DNA of 64,000 nucleotides from Bacteriovoracaceae bacterium (GCA_048270185.1 JBLWTJ010000001.1:1152001-1216000), one strand, 5' to 3'. Counted from the first letter of the stretch, positions 49,362-59,561 are shown. Numbers and translations: made by a program. Notes: generated from the letters alone by a model not told the origin.

Positions 49362-50495
49362 TTAAAATATATCCATTGATGTATCAAACAAAGAAATGAA
49401 AACAAAGAGACGATCTCCTTTTGTTTCCTTGTAACCAGAACCGATCTCAACGTTGTTATAGCCGAGAGTTACAGTCATTGGCCAAAGTCTTATTTCAGCG
49501 CCGTAATTGAGATAACCTTCGCCAATCCCAGCAAAGAAGCCAAAGAATGGAATATTCACCTGAGCACCAAAGTGAATCATGCGCCCAATGTCTAACTCTT
49601 GATTAAGTGGCTTTATATCAAGGGCCAGAGAGTAATCAAATGCCTTCCAATCTTGTTTAACTGCAAATCCAGAGTTTATGGCCATTGGTATACTTGGAAT
49701 ATCATTGTCACCGTACTCTTTTTCAAAAGTAGTATCTCCAATATCTAAGATGGCCAAAGATGCGGTAAATTCAGTATTCCCCCAACCATTGGCATACTCA
49801 ACACCAATGTCATGACCTACTCCAGCACCTTTTGAATAACCAAAGATATCTTTAATTTCTGAAATAGAGCCAAAGCCAGCTTCCACTTTACTTAAAATAT
49901 TTGTCGAGAATAAATCAAACTTATCCTTAGTTCCCTCACGATTGATATATTTAAAAGAGTAACCAACCGATAATCTCTTACCTTTCATAATTTTTTGATA
50001 TTTCTTAGTGCGCCCACCACCAATTAAATTGAATGCAAAGCCTGTTATAAATCCACGATCATACGAGTAATCCACATCAAAAGCAGGATTAACACGATTT
50101 TTTAAAACGACATTGGCACGATTCTTAGTAAAATAAGAGAATGAAAAGTGATGAGCTTTTAAAGTCGAATAGTTTGAAAGCTCTAAGTATAGAGGATAAC
50201 CAAGAAGCCTATCAGCAATAGCGTCAGCTTCAGAGGGAAGATTTTCAAAACGATCCATATCATCAATGGCATTAGGTCCAGCGAGAGTTACATTTATTGG
50301 AGAAAGATCTATATCGTAGTTGGCCCCAAGACTTGCTGGATTATAGAAAATAGTAAAACTATCTTGATTCGCAAGTCCCATCCAAGCATTTCCCATCAAG
50401 CGTGCCCGTGGACTTTGACCTAAATTAAATTTTTCAAAAGCATAAGAATTAATGCTTAATGAAAATATAAATAGGATTAGAATCAACTTCTTCAA
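49362..50495 (-). CDS. outer-membrane beta-barrel (TraF/FadL-like N-terminus)
   Basis: Signal peptide; SPRARLMGNA...FYNPASLG motif; beta pattern; terminal Phe. Confidence 0.65.
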   Translation of the reverse strand: MKKLILILFIFSLSINSYAFEKFNLGQSPRARLMGNAWMGLANQDSFTIFYNPASLGANYDIDLSPINVTLAGPNAIDDMDRFENLPSEADAIADRLLGYPLYLELSNYSTLKAHHFSFSYFTKNRANVVLKNRVNPAFDVDYSYDRGFITGFAFNLIGGGRTKKYQKIMKGKRLSVGYSFKYINREGTKDKFDLFSTNILSKVEAGFGSISEIKDIFGYSKGAGVGHDIGVEYANGWGNTEFTASLAILDIGDTTFEKEYGDNDIPSIPMAINSGFAVKQDWKAFDYSLALDIKPLNQELDIGRMIHFGAQVNIPFFGFFAGIGEGYLNYGAEIRLWPMTVTLGYNNVEIGSGYKETKGDRLFVFISLFDTSMDIF

Positions 50496-50498
50496 TTT

Positions 50499-51491
50499 CT
50501 ACCTTGAGTGAGACGTTTCAAAAACGGCCGCTATATAGTAACCAATTTGTACTTCAATTCCAGTAAAGTCTGTTACACATTGAGTTTTGTTCTTTACTGT
50601 TAGAAGTGTATTCGAGTAGCCCTTCACGTCGATAACATTGGTTTTAAAGTCATCGCGAGCAGTTGTAATATTTGTTAAAAGAGTTGAAAGATCGATATCA
50701 GTAATATCACCAAGAGAGAGGTTTTCAAGAATATCTAGAAGAATATTCATCTCCGTAACTAGCATACAAGCTCTTTCTAAGTTGAGACTATTATCTACAT
50801 TTGTTAGAGCAGGACTTCCATCATCACCGTCTGTCGTACAAGCGCCAGTGTTTCCTGTTCCAAGAAATGCCGAGAGATCACCATCACCAAATGTTGCATA
50901 TTTAAAAAAACAACTATTTGTTCCTGCCCCATCTCCTTTAATCCCAGCTAAAGTATTCCCGTAGAGATAAGCACTCATCCCAAGTCGAGTAAAGAGCATA
51001 TACATTAAGAATGAATCAATATCTGCTGCGTAGTAATCACCAAAGACACTTTTTCTAAGTGATGCTGAAGGATCATTTGTGATCGGTCCTGTTCCACCAG
51101 AGTAGATCAAGGTATCAACGGCTTTTTGCATATAGAAGAAGCTTAGGTCATCGACATCTGTCATGGCCTCGGCCATTTGAAATGTCGAAAGTGCACTAAC
51201 AAAATCATTAGCGGCAGTTGTAATTTTTGTAATATCATTTGCAAAGAAATTGACAACAGAGAAGCCTGCTTTACATCCATAAGCAGAGGCAAGAAGCTTG
51301 TAGTAGTCGGCGTCTCCGACTTGCTCCCCCATAGCGAGCATAGCACTTAAGGCCTTGTCGCAATCACCTGCAGTCAGGTAATCTTCCACTGAAAGGTATT
51401 CTCGTTGGATTTCGAGTTCCTTGTCGACACCACAACTGGTGAAACCAAGTAGAATTAAGAGATAAGTGCTGAAAACAAGTAGTCTATTCAC
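50499..51491 (-). CDS. lipoprotein, helical/TPR-like
   Basis: Lipobox FTSC; several Cys; 3 nt from the barrel gene. Confidence 0.75.
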   Translation of the reverse strand: MNRLLVFSTYLLILLGFTSCGVDKELEIQREYLSVEDYLTAGDCDKALSAMLAMGEQVGDADYYKLLASAYGCKAGFSVVNFFANDITKITTAANDFVSALSTFQMAEAMTDVDDLSFFYMQKAVDTLIYSGGTGPITNDPSASLRKSVFGDYYAADIDSFLMYMLFTRLGMSAYLYGNTLAGIKGDGAGTNSCFFKYATFGDGDLSAFLGTGNTGACTTDGDDGSPALTNVDNSLNLERACMLVTEMNILLDILENLSLGDITDIDLSTLLTNITTARDDFKTNVIDVKGYSNTLLTVKNKTQCVTDFTGIEVQIGYYIAAVFETSHSR

Positions 51492-51557
51492 AGCTTAATT
51501 ATCTCTTAACTTAGTCTTTAATTGATAGTGGGAACGAGATTCCGTGGCCTTTTGGCC

Positions 51558-52784
51558 TTATTCCTGAGTTAAAACCTCAGCAATTTTTGTCATGGCCTCT
51601 CTGAAGTCTTCCTTTGGAAGAACAAGTGAAAGTCGCGCACAATTTGGTACCCCAAAATCACCACTTGGAACCATGGCAACACCCTGCTCTTCAAGTATCT
51701 TCTCACAGATTTCAACCGAGTAATCGGCCTGATCAGATTCAGATTTCTTATAATTCTCAATAATTGGCGTGCTTGAGAAATCAATTAAGAAATAGAAAGC
51801 TGAAGTCACCTGGTACCAGCACTTTTCTAGGTTGTATTCACGAAGAACTTCTCTGATAATGAGTGCGTTTTCTCGAAGGTGTTTCTTTACCGGAGCTAAA
51901 TACTCATCTATTTGATTTAAGTTGTATCTTAGAAGAGCTCTTTGAATCAGTGAACAAGATCCAGAAGCTGTGTGCCCTTGAATTTTTTTAATTGCCGTGA
52001 TGACATCTTCATTAGCAATACAATAACCAAGTCTTAAACCAGTAGCCGCTAAGCTTTTTGAAATACCATCAACGATAATTGTACGCCCTAGTAATTCACG
52101 ATCATATTGATAGAAGAACGTAGGTCTTGGATCATAGTAATTTAGTTCATAGTAGATTTCATCTGAGACAATATATGCATTTTCATATGGCTTTACGATC
52201 TCAGCAAATTTCTTCATCCAATTTTCATCATAGAAAATTCCTGATGGATTGTTTGGACTATTTAAAACAATTGCTTTTGTCTTATCACTTAATAATTCTT
52301 TTAATTTTTCAAGATCTGGCTCAAATGCGTTAAAAACTGATGCTTCAACAACTTTAATAGTTGCTCCGTTAAGAGAAACCATTTGTGGATATGAAATCCA
52401 GTATGGAGCAAAGAGAATAACTTCATCACCTGGGTTTAAAATAGCAGAGAAGATATTTGAAAGAACGTGTTTTCCACCGTTACCGACAGTTACACCAAAA
52501 TTTAGATCGTGATCTTCAAAACTAATCTCACGAGACATTTCAATATATTCTTCTAGTTTTTTAAGAAGTTCTCCATCCCCTGCGACAGGGCTGTACTGAA
52601 AACTTTTTAGAAAGTCTAACTCTCCACGAATCGCTTCGACTAATTCTCTTGGAGGACGATAAGGAAGTTGGCCTGCCGTTAAGTTATAAACCTTCTTCCC
52701 TTCAGCCGCCATTGCCACGGCCTTCGCATTTAGTTTTAGAGTTATACTTTCGTTAATTTCTTGGGAACGTTTTGAAACATTCAT
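51558..52784 (-). CDS. PLP-dependent aminotransferase class I/II (aspartate aminotransferase-like)
   Basis: GNGGK, APYWISY, NSPNNPSG, SDEIY, SKSLAATGLRLGY. Confidence 0.93.
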   Translation of the reverse strand: MNVSKRSQEINESITLKLNAKAVAMAAEGKKVYNLTAGQLPYRPPRELVEAIRGELDFLKSFQYSPVAGDGELLKKLEEYIEMSREISFEDHDLNFGVTVGNGGKHVLSNIFSAILNPGDEVILFAPYWISYPQMVSLNGATIKVVEASVFNAFEPDLEKLKELLSDKTKAIVLNSPNNPSGIFYDENWMKKFAEIVKPYENAYIVSDEIYYELNYYDPRPTFFYQYDRELLGRTIIVDGISKSLAATGLRLGYCIANEDVITAIKKIQGHTASGSCSLIQRALLRYNLNQIDEYLAPVKKHLRENALIIREVLREYNLEKCWYQVTSAFYFLIDFSSTPIIENYKKSESDQADYSVEICEKILEEQGVAMVPSGDFGVPNCARLSLVLPKEDFREAMTKIAEVLTQE

Positions 52785-53264
52785 TTAGATATTTCCTTTT
52801 TTTACGATCCATTCGTAAATAGTGTCGGGAACAAATTCTTTAATAACTTTTCCGTGTTTATGTATTTCTTTAACGAGTGAACTTGAAACGTAGTAATTAT
52901 CTCTCTCAGTAATAAAGAAGACCGTTTCTATTTCAGGATAAAGTCTCTTATTCATTGAGGCCATTTGAAATTCTGCTTCAAAATCACCCGTAGGCCTAAG
53001 GCCTCTGATAATAGAGTTAATATCGTTATTCTTAGCATAGTCAACAATTAGGCCTTCCCATTTATCTGCTTTAATTCTCGGTTCATTTGCAAAAGTTTCC
53101 TTAAGCATTTGAACACGATCTTCAGCAGAAAAGAGCGGTTTCTTATTTCGATTATGGGCCACTAAAATAATGATCTCATCAAAAACACTTAAAGCTCTCA
53201 TTAAGATATCTTTGTGACCATTCGTAAAAGGATCAAACGTCCCTGGATAAATTGCTCTTTTCAT
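52785..53264 (-). CDS. coaD: phosphopantetheine adenylyltransferase
   Basis: YPGTFDPFTNGH, IRGLR, SSSLVKE. Confidence 0.97.
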   Translation of the reverse strand: MKRAIYPGTFDPFTNGHKDILMRALSVFDEIIILVAHNRNKKPLFSAEDRVQMLKETFANEPRIKADKWEGLIVDYAKNNDINSIIRGLRPTGDFEAEFQMASMNKRLYPEIETVFFITERDNYYVSSSLVKEIHKHGKVIKEFVPDTIYEWIVKKGNI

Positions 53265-53316
53265 AGAGTACCTAATTCCCTGTAATTAACTTATGATAAT
53301 TTTATACGACACTAAG

Positions 53317-53892
53317 TTACAATGCAATTTTTGCGAGGTAACTTGTTCCCTGTTTATAGACTTTTGAATAACTAAGAGACAGACTTTTTAAGTCATTTTC
53401 GACGATCCCTTTTTGGCGATCTGACTCAACCCAGATTTCTCCTGAAAAGTTGATTTCCTTAAGTATTTTAAGACATTCTAAGTAGACAGTTTTTAGCTCA
53501 TATGGTGGATCAATAAATAGAAAGATTTCATCAAATTCACTTTCATCGAATGCATTAGCTAGACTCTTCACATATTGTTGTGCTTTTTGTTTCACAATCG
53601 AAATTGAAGAGATATCAAGCTTCTTCTCAAGCCCTGCCTTATTCTTTTTTATTACATTAATAACTTTAGGATGATCTTCAACAAGGACCGCTTTCTTAGC
53701 TCCACGAGAAATCGCTTCAAATGCCATGGCACCACTGCCTGCAAAGAGGTCGATGAAGAGACAGTTGGTTAAGTCCTGATGAGCATCAAAGAATTTACGT
53801 CTAAGCATGACACTTGTTGGACGTGTGATTGATTCAGGGGGAACAAAAAGGGCATGCCCTTTAGCATGCCCACCTAAAATATTTATGGCCAT
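53317..53892 (-). CDS. rsmD: 16S rRNA m2G966 methyltransferase
   Basis: ILGG.AKG, TRPT, DLFAGSGA..EAISRGA, DPPY; directly upstream of coaD. Confidence 0.9.
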   Translation of the reverse strand: MAINILGGHAKGHALFVPPESITRPTSVMLRRKFFDAHQDLTNCLFIDLFAGSGAMAFEAISRGAKKAVLVEDHPKVINVIKKNKAGLEKKLDISSISIVKQKAQQYVKSLANAFDESEFDEIFLFIDPPYELKTVYLECLKILKEINFSGEIWVESDRQKGIVENDLKSLSLSYSKVYKQGTSYLAKIAL

Positions 53893-53900
53893 TTAAAACC

Positions 53901-54800
53901 TTATGCTACGTTTGATTTCTTATCACTGTGTGATGATGGAAGTGGGATATTTAAATTCACTCCACCTTCAATGAGCGCCTTACAGCCCTCTTCATCAATT
54001 GTGATATCTACACCATTCATCGAGAGTTGGAAACATCCATCAACAACGCTTAGAGTTGCTTGCGACCCAGCAATAGTTAACTCGACGTTAAAATTCATAT
54101 TACCCGCTGCACTAAAAGCAATATCTCCAGCATGAGTTGTTGGTGTACTTGGTACCTTAGCTGGTTGGCTTGGTACTTCTCTTGTCATGGCAACAACATT
54201 TTCATGATGGTCTGCAACTTCGTCTTCAACATCAAATTCTTCTTTGAAGCCAAGTTCTACTTCTGTTTGTTGAGTTGCATCAATTTCTTCTAAATCTTTC
54301 ATGATTGCATCAATTTCAGATTCATCAAAGCCTTCAGCAACTGCTTGTTCAAGACTTGGTCCCATTGCCTCTTCAAGGTCAGCTTGGGCCACAAGCTCTT
54401 CTGAGACGACCGGCTCTTCAATTGTTTCAGCAACAACATCTTGTGCTTCTTCGAATTCTGCAACTGGCTCTTCAGCAGGAGCTGGTGCAGGTGTATCTGC
54501 TGCAAGTATTGCACTTAATTCATCTAGTGGATTAACTTCTTCAGGAGTAGTCTGTGCTACAACTTCTTCTGGCTCAGTTTCAATTTCAACTTCGGCCACG
54601 ACTTCTTCGAGAACATCTTCCTCAGGTGCCGCTTGTGCAACAGGCTGTGCCTCTTCAATCTCTTGTGCAGCACTATCAACTTGTGTCGACAGCTCTTTAT
54701 CAAGATTGGCAAATTCGGCCATGATATCGTCTAATTCATTTTCCGAAAAACCTTGTTCTACACTTTTTGCTGCTGCATCTTGAGGATTATTTCCACTCAT
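53901..54800 (-). CDS. highly acidic, largely disordered protein with repeated helical motifs
   Basis: E/A/P/V-rich; GFSENELDDIM and GFDESEIDAIM; small beta C-domain; ATG 54800 has GGAG RBS and an upstream sigma28 site. Confidence 0.8.
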   Translation of the reverse strand: MSGNNPQDAAAKSVEQGFSENELDDIMAEFANLDKELSTQVDSAAQEIEEAQPVAQAAPEEDVLEEVVAEVEIETEPEEVVAQTTPEEVNPLDELSAILAADTPAPAPAEEPVAEFEEAQDVVAETIEEPVVSEELVAQADLEEAMGPSLEQAVAEGFDESEIDAIMKDLEEIDATQQTEVELGFKEEFDVEDEVADHHENVVAMTREVPSQPAKVPSTPTTHAGDIAFSAAGNMNFNVELTIAGSQATLSVVDGCFQLSMNGVDITIDEEGCKALIEGGVNLNIPLPSSHSDKKSNVA

Positions 54801-54835
54801 ATAAACTCCATCTATTGATTGTTTATCAGTCTTAC

Positions 54836-54862
54836 TTTTCGACCAAGATGACAGAAACTTTA
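54836..54862 (-). promoter_or_regulatory. sigma28 (FliA)-type promoter
   Basis: TAAAGTTT-N11-GTCGAAAA on the minus strand. Confidence 0.65.
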
Positions 54863-55070
54863 AGAAATTAGACAATTAATAATTTCAGATAGTTATAATT
54901 ATTTTTCCAAGAATTTCTATTTTAAATCGTGGACAAGATGAGCGGCCATCGTTATATTTTACTACCGAATTAAAGACGCAACACACGACTTTCCTTACAC
55001 AGTTTAGATTGTTAACCATCTTAAAAAAGTTAGGGATTGTTGTACTGAATACAACGGAACGACAACACAA

Positions 55071-57917
55071 GTGAAGAACGAATCATTTTCAGCTAAGAAC
55101 TGGCTGTTAAAAAGTGCTCCATACTCAAATACTGAGACGCAAGAAGCTCAAGCTTCTGAGTCATTAGTTGCGCAAACTTGTGTCAGTCAATCAAGTGCTC
55201 CACTGGCCATCGATTCTTTTCAAACAAGTCAATTTACAGTATCTGATCATATTCTTCCGAAGTGGCGTGGTGAAAGCCTTCTCACGAAAGGAAGTGTTAA
55301 GTTTAAGAAAATCATTTTTGAATTATTTGATGAAGCCAAGACTCAAGTTAAATCTTTCAAATCAAGAAATAAAAGCCTTAAACAATCTCTTTTCCAAGAG
55401 TTCATTGAATATACTAGGCACAATGAGATTCACCCAGAGGGTGTGACAGACTTCAATCAATTCTGGAGTCAACTCGATGATAAGAGTGCTCCTAGTTATG
55501 AATGTATCAATAACTTTCTAAAAGTTTATTGCCTGCGTTCAATTAGTATTTATATTTTAAAGATTCGCTTCATTAGTCAGCTAAGCTCATACTATTCTAA
55601 GACATTAACTCGCAATGAAATCTTAAACCCTAACTCGACTCTGAGTAAGATCTTTAAGGTTTCAAGCTCTCGTCAACTGTCTTCAACGGCCCTTGAGTCA
55701 AACGTCTATAGTTGGTTTCGACCAAATGAAAACTTTGGTGACAATGTTATTGAGCTTAGCTCTATTCTTAGAGATCTTAACTCGATCGAATTCTTTAAAG
55801 TTTTAAACCACGAAATTCCTAATCAATTAAATGTCGTTCTCTTTCACAATGAAAGTGATAAATATTCTCACGCCTTCAGTAATCGTAACTTTGGATTAAT
55901 GGTAAATAACCTTCTTATAAACTTTCCAAAGTGGATCGAGAATCATGGTGGATACTTTAATTTTAAAGAAGATCCACAATGTGTAAGTACCCTCTTCACT
56001 GGTAACTTTCTTACATCATTAACAATCTCTCACTGGATTGCTCAAGAGAATAACTCTGATGAAGCTTGGCAGGAAATAATCTGTCCTGAGTTCAGAGGAG
56101 ATAACTACCTAAATGGTCAGTACCTAAAGATCTTCCAAGAAATACAATTTATGACTTTCTTGGTTTCTCTTGCACCAAAGCAAGGAAAAGATCCAATCGA
56201 TCTTATCGTTTCACTTTTTAAGCAGAAGTCTAATAAGTCAAAAATTTCAGCAAGTGGCCAATTTGCGCTTCTGGACTCGACAGAGGTTCAACAAAGTATC
56301 TACGATCGTATACTTGTGAACTTAGTTAATATTCCAAAGAAGAACCCGCATCACTATCTGATTACAAATATCATGCAAAATGGTGCCCACTTATCAAATA
56401 GTGGTTATATGTACGTCTTCTCAAATCAGAAGCTATTTGTTCCTTCTCATGCAGCGAAGAACGAAGCACTATTAAAGCAGTATAAGTTACGTATGCGCTT
56501 CAATCTTGAAGGGCTTAAAGGTAAGGGAGAAATCCCACGCTATATGTATATTTTCTCAAAACGTATTGTTGAAAATAAACTCGATATTTTTGGAAATCCT
56601 GATGTTAACTCAACTCTTCTTAAAGAGTCTTGTCTATCAGTTAATATGAATGGGGATCTTACTCACTTTTCAAAGTTTGATTTCTTCGTAGAAGAGATTG
56701 ATAAATTATTCGCTAATCAGAAATCAATTGATGCTCCACTTTTTTCAAATGAAACGAAGTGTGGTCTATCATTTGACTTTCACCAAGATGCAATCCTAAA
56801 CGGAAAACTTCATAGCAATAATAACGACAGTGACAAGATCACTCACCCACAATACTTTAGAAATCTAACTAAGAGTTGTATTCCATTTGATCAATTCTTC
56901 AGTGTTGAATCATTATCAAATTACCGTGAAGAAGATCATTACGACCTACTAGGATTTAATTTAAACCCGAAAGAAAGATATCCGTACCTGCTCATCGTCG
57001 ACTTTACAAATGAGAATAATATCTCATTAGAGCTGACTACGATTGACTCTTTAAAAGCTAAGATCGAAGAATATGGTAATGCATACTTTCAGTATTTTGG
57101 ACTTCTACCTAAGGTTTCAAATCTAAATATTAACTTATTTAGAGAGTTCTTTAAGACAACAATCGGAAAGCAAATTACACAGCTGACTTTCAACGGTGGA
57201 CTTAAGAAAACAAAAGCAAAACTAAATGCTATGCTAATTCCTAAGTTCCTAGAAAAGACTGAATATCTTCCAAGTCATCATATTGAATCTCTTCAAGAGA
57301 TCACTCTTTCAAAAGAGTCGATTCAACAAGTTGACTTTAATAGCTATAACTTTGTTCTTTCTAAGAAGATCGATACCATTAAACTACTATCAAGAAAGTA
57401 CCCATGGCATACAAGCTGTATTCTTTCGCACCTTAAAATTCTCATTGGAAATTTCAAGGATCAAATCGACAGTGGAAAAATGCAAGCAAGCTATGACTTC
57501 ACTTCTCCTGCACTTATTGGGAAGATTGTTGCACTTAACAAGACGGCCATCTATCCAAGTAATAATGATATCTATTTAGAGAATCTTATTAGTGAAAGAA
57601 ATGATATTCACTTACCGCTAACAAGTGCAATCCTTGATAAGTCAGAGCACACTAATAGTTTAAAGCTAGTATCTAATAACAAGGATATCTTAAAGCTACA
57701 CGGTGACATGCAATTACTACAATTCATTCAATTCATTCTTACAAATGCTTGTGGAACACCTATTTCAACAATTCTTCAATCCCTTGAAGTTCCATCGGCC
57801 CTAGACCTTAATAAGTTACTTAGTGAAAGAGATCAGACTGCTCAAAGTGTAAATGAAACATTTGAGCTAATAAACTCGACGCTAAATAATATCATTATTG
57901 GTCAAATAAATAATTAG
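55071..57917 (+). CDS. large protein resembling a degenerate type IIG/Eco57I-like N6 DNA methyltransferase with TRD
   Basis: Remnant motif I TLFTGNFL, motif IV position YDRILVNLVN, LSNSGYMYVF...YMYIFSK strands, TRD-like LNAMLIPKF; catalytic residues absent. Confidence 0.5.
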   Translation: MKNESFSAKNWLLKSAPYSNTETQEAQASESLVAQTCVSQSSAPLAIDSFQTSQFTVSDHILPKWRGESLLTKGSVKFKKIIFELFDEAKTQVKSFKSRNKSLKQSLFQEFIEYTRHNEIHPEGVTDFNQFWSQLDDKSAPSYECINNFLKVYCLRSISIYILKIRFISQLSSYYSKTLTRNEILNPNSTLSKIFKVSSSRQLSSTALESNVYSWFRPNENFGDNVIELSSILRDLNSIEFFKVLNHEIPNQLNVVLFHNESDKYSHAFSNRNFGLMVNNLLINFPKWIENHGGYFNFKEDPQCVSTLFTGNFLTSLTISHWIAQENNSDEAWQEIICPEFRGDNYLNGQYLKIFQEIQFMTFLVSLAPKQGKDPIDLIVSLFKQKSNKSKISASGQFALLDSTEVQQSIYDRILVNLVNIPKKNPHHYLITNIMQNGAHLSNSGYMYVFSNQKLFVPSHAAKNEALLKQYKLRMRFNLEGLKGKGEIPRYMYIFSKRIVENKLDIFGNPDVNSTLLKESCLSVNMNGDLTHFSKFDFFVEEIDKLFANQKSIDAPLFSNETKCGLSFDFHQDAILNGKLHSNNNDSDKITHPQYFRNLTKSCIPFDQFFSVESLSNYREEDHYDLLGFNLNPKERYPYLLIVDFTNENNISLELTTIDSLKAKIEEYGNAYFQYFGLLPKVSNLNINLFREFFKTTIGKQITQLTFNGGLKKTKAKLNAMLIPKFLEKTEYLPSHHIESLQEITLSKESIQQVDFNSYNFVLSKKIDTIKLLSRKYPWHTSCILSHLKILIGNFKDQIDSGKMQASYDFTSPALIGKIVALNKTAIYPSNNDIYLENLISERNDIHLPLTSAILDKSEHTNSLKLVSNNKDILKLHGDMQLLQFIQFILTNACGTPISTILQSLEVPSALDLNKLLSERDQTAQSVNETFELINSTLNNIIIGQINN

Positions 57918-57932
57918 TGATATTATATACTT

Positions 57933-59561
57933 ATGCAGATTAAGGTCGACGATACTCATTGGAGTATTTACCGTTATTTTAAAAATAAGGCCAGCTCTCT
58001 CGAAGGAGAAGCATCTGCATCACTAAAGAAGTATCAATGTGATCAACAGCGCTATGCTCGCCGTCGCTTTCAGTCTTCAACTATTAATCAGCTTTATCAA
58101 TCCATTGACTCTTCAGATATCATTTATCTGGGTGACTTCCATACCTTTGATCAAAGCACGAGAAACCTTGAGAGAATTATTCGCATTTTGGCAAAGAATG
58201 AATATCAATTTGCCATCGGTGTTGAGTTCATTCATACCCACCACCAACTTTTTATAAATGCCTTTTTAAATGGCTCCATTACAGAATTAGAATTTCTTGA
58301 GTCTATCAACTATAAGAATTCTTGGCGTTTTCCATGGACCTTCTACAAGATCTTCTTCGAACTTGCTCGCAAGCACAGTATTTCTATCATTGCCTTAAAT
58401 ACGAAAGGTAGTTTAGAAAAGCGAGACCATAATGCGGCCAAGACTATTACTCGCTACAATAAAGAAAACCCAGACCAGAAGCTTCTCATTCTCTTTGGAG
58501 AGCTTCATATTGTTCCCAATAAGCTACCTCAACGTGTATTTGACCTATCTGATAAGAGTGTGGTTCAAACTATTATCCACCAAAATACCGATGAAGTTTA
58601 CTGGAAACTCGTTAAGGAAAATCAACTTAAGGCCGACCAAATTGTAAAATACAATATGAGGGAATTTGTTCTCATCAACTCTCCCCCATGGCTTAAGTAC
58701 GAATCTCAGATTTACTGGTATGAGCACTTAGCTGATGATCCAGACTTTGATATTCACGAGTATATAATTGAAACAGGAACACTTAAGTTTTCGGATAATA
58801 TCTTCGATAATTTTGCATATTTCTGCCATGAGATTACAAATACACTTGGGCTTGAAATTCCGATTTCGGAAGTTGAAGACTTTAGACTTTACGACCAGCA
58901 AAATTTAAAAAGAGTAAAGCAGGCCATTTCCAAGACAAAGTCTAAGAAGGCCATCACTTTCTATAATAAACTTATTGAACACGGAAAGACTTTTAAACTT
59001 CCTGGTAAGAAGTCATATTATTGTTCAAGTTATTCAATCAATCGAGTCTCATACTTAGCTGGAATTCACGTCTATCAAGCCAAGCTTAGGCTACCAGAGA
59101 GTGAGGTTGTCACTCTTTTTAATAAGCGAGACCGAACAAATCTCTTTGTCTATCTAGTTCATAATTATATTAGTGCTTACTTCTGCTCAAAGCTCTTTAA
59201 TCCGTATCGAAAATGCAATATGTACAAAGACTTTGGCTATATGGCCCGTCGAAATAAAACAGTTAAAAAGATCGATAAGAGTGTCTTTGAAGCCTGTCTT
59301 AAGCTTTGTAATAAGAAGGTGGTCATAAACAATGAGTTAAAAGGACTATCGCTATATCAACTTCATAAAGCGGCCAGAAAAGTCTCTCATATGTTTGCAG
59401 ATATTATCTTTGACTATTTCTTTGCGGCCAAAAGAGATGATTACGAAGACGTCATTAAACTAGTACTTAACGATGACTTCTCAAATGAGAATTACTTGAA
59501 GCTGCTTTCTCTTATTGGAAATACTGTCGATATTAAAAAACTTAAGAAACGTGAATTCTAA
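57933..59561 (+). CDS. ChaN/EreA-like (Tiki superfamily) domain protein with C-terminal extension
   Basis: IIYLGDFHT, GVEF, IIALN, RD..AA, ILFGELHI; no signal peptide. Confidence 0.7.
   Translation: MQIKVDDTHWSIYRYFKNKASSLEGEASASLKKYQCDQQRYARRRFQSSTINQLYQSIDSSDIIYLGDFHTFDQSTRNLERIIRILAKNEYQFAIGVEFIHTHHQLFINAFLNGSITELEFLESINYKNSWRFPWTFYKIFFELARKHSISIIALNTKGSLEKRDHNAAKTITRYNKENPDQKLLILFGELHIVPNKLPQRVFDLSDKSVVQTIIHQNTDEVYWKLVKENQLKADQIVKYNMREFVLINSPPWLKYESQIYWYEHLADDPDFDIHEYIIETGTLKFSDNIFDNFAYFCHEITNTLGLEIPISEVEDFRLYDQQNLKRVKQAISKTKSKKAITFYNKLIEHGKTFKLPGKKSYYCSSYSINRVSYLAGIHVYQAKLRLPESEVVTLFNKRDRTNLFVYLVHNYISAYFCSKLFNPYRKCNMYKDFGYMARRNKTVKKIDKSVFEACLKLCNKKVVINNELKGLSLYQLHKAARKVSHMFADIIFDYFFAAKRDDYEDVIKLVLNDDFSNENYLKLLSLIGNTVDIKKLKKREF

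Noticed and set aside
54299..54783. Alternative ORFs over the acidic protein (e.g. 54301-54783 +, Ser/Ala-rich)
   Set aside because: Antisense or frame shadows of low-complexity GAA/GCT codons; no RBS or motif.
55071..57917. Active restriction-modification or BREX system
   Set aside because: Catalytic NPPY/DPPY and intact SAM-binding motif absent; no nuclease, S subunit or brx genes nearby.
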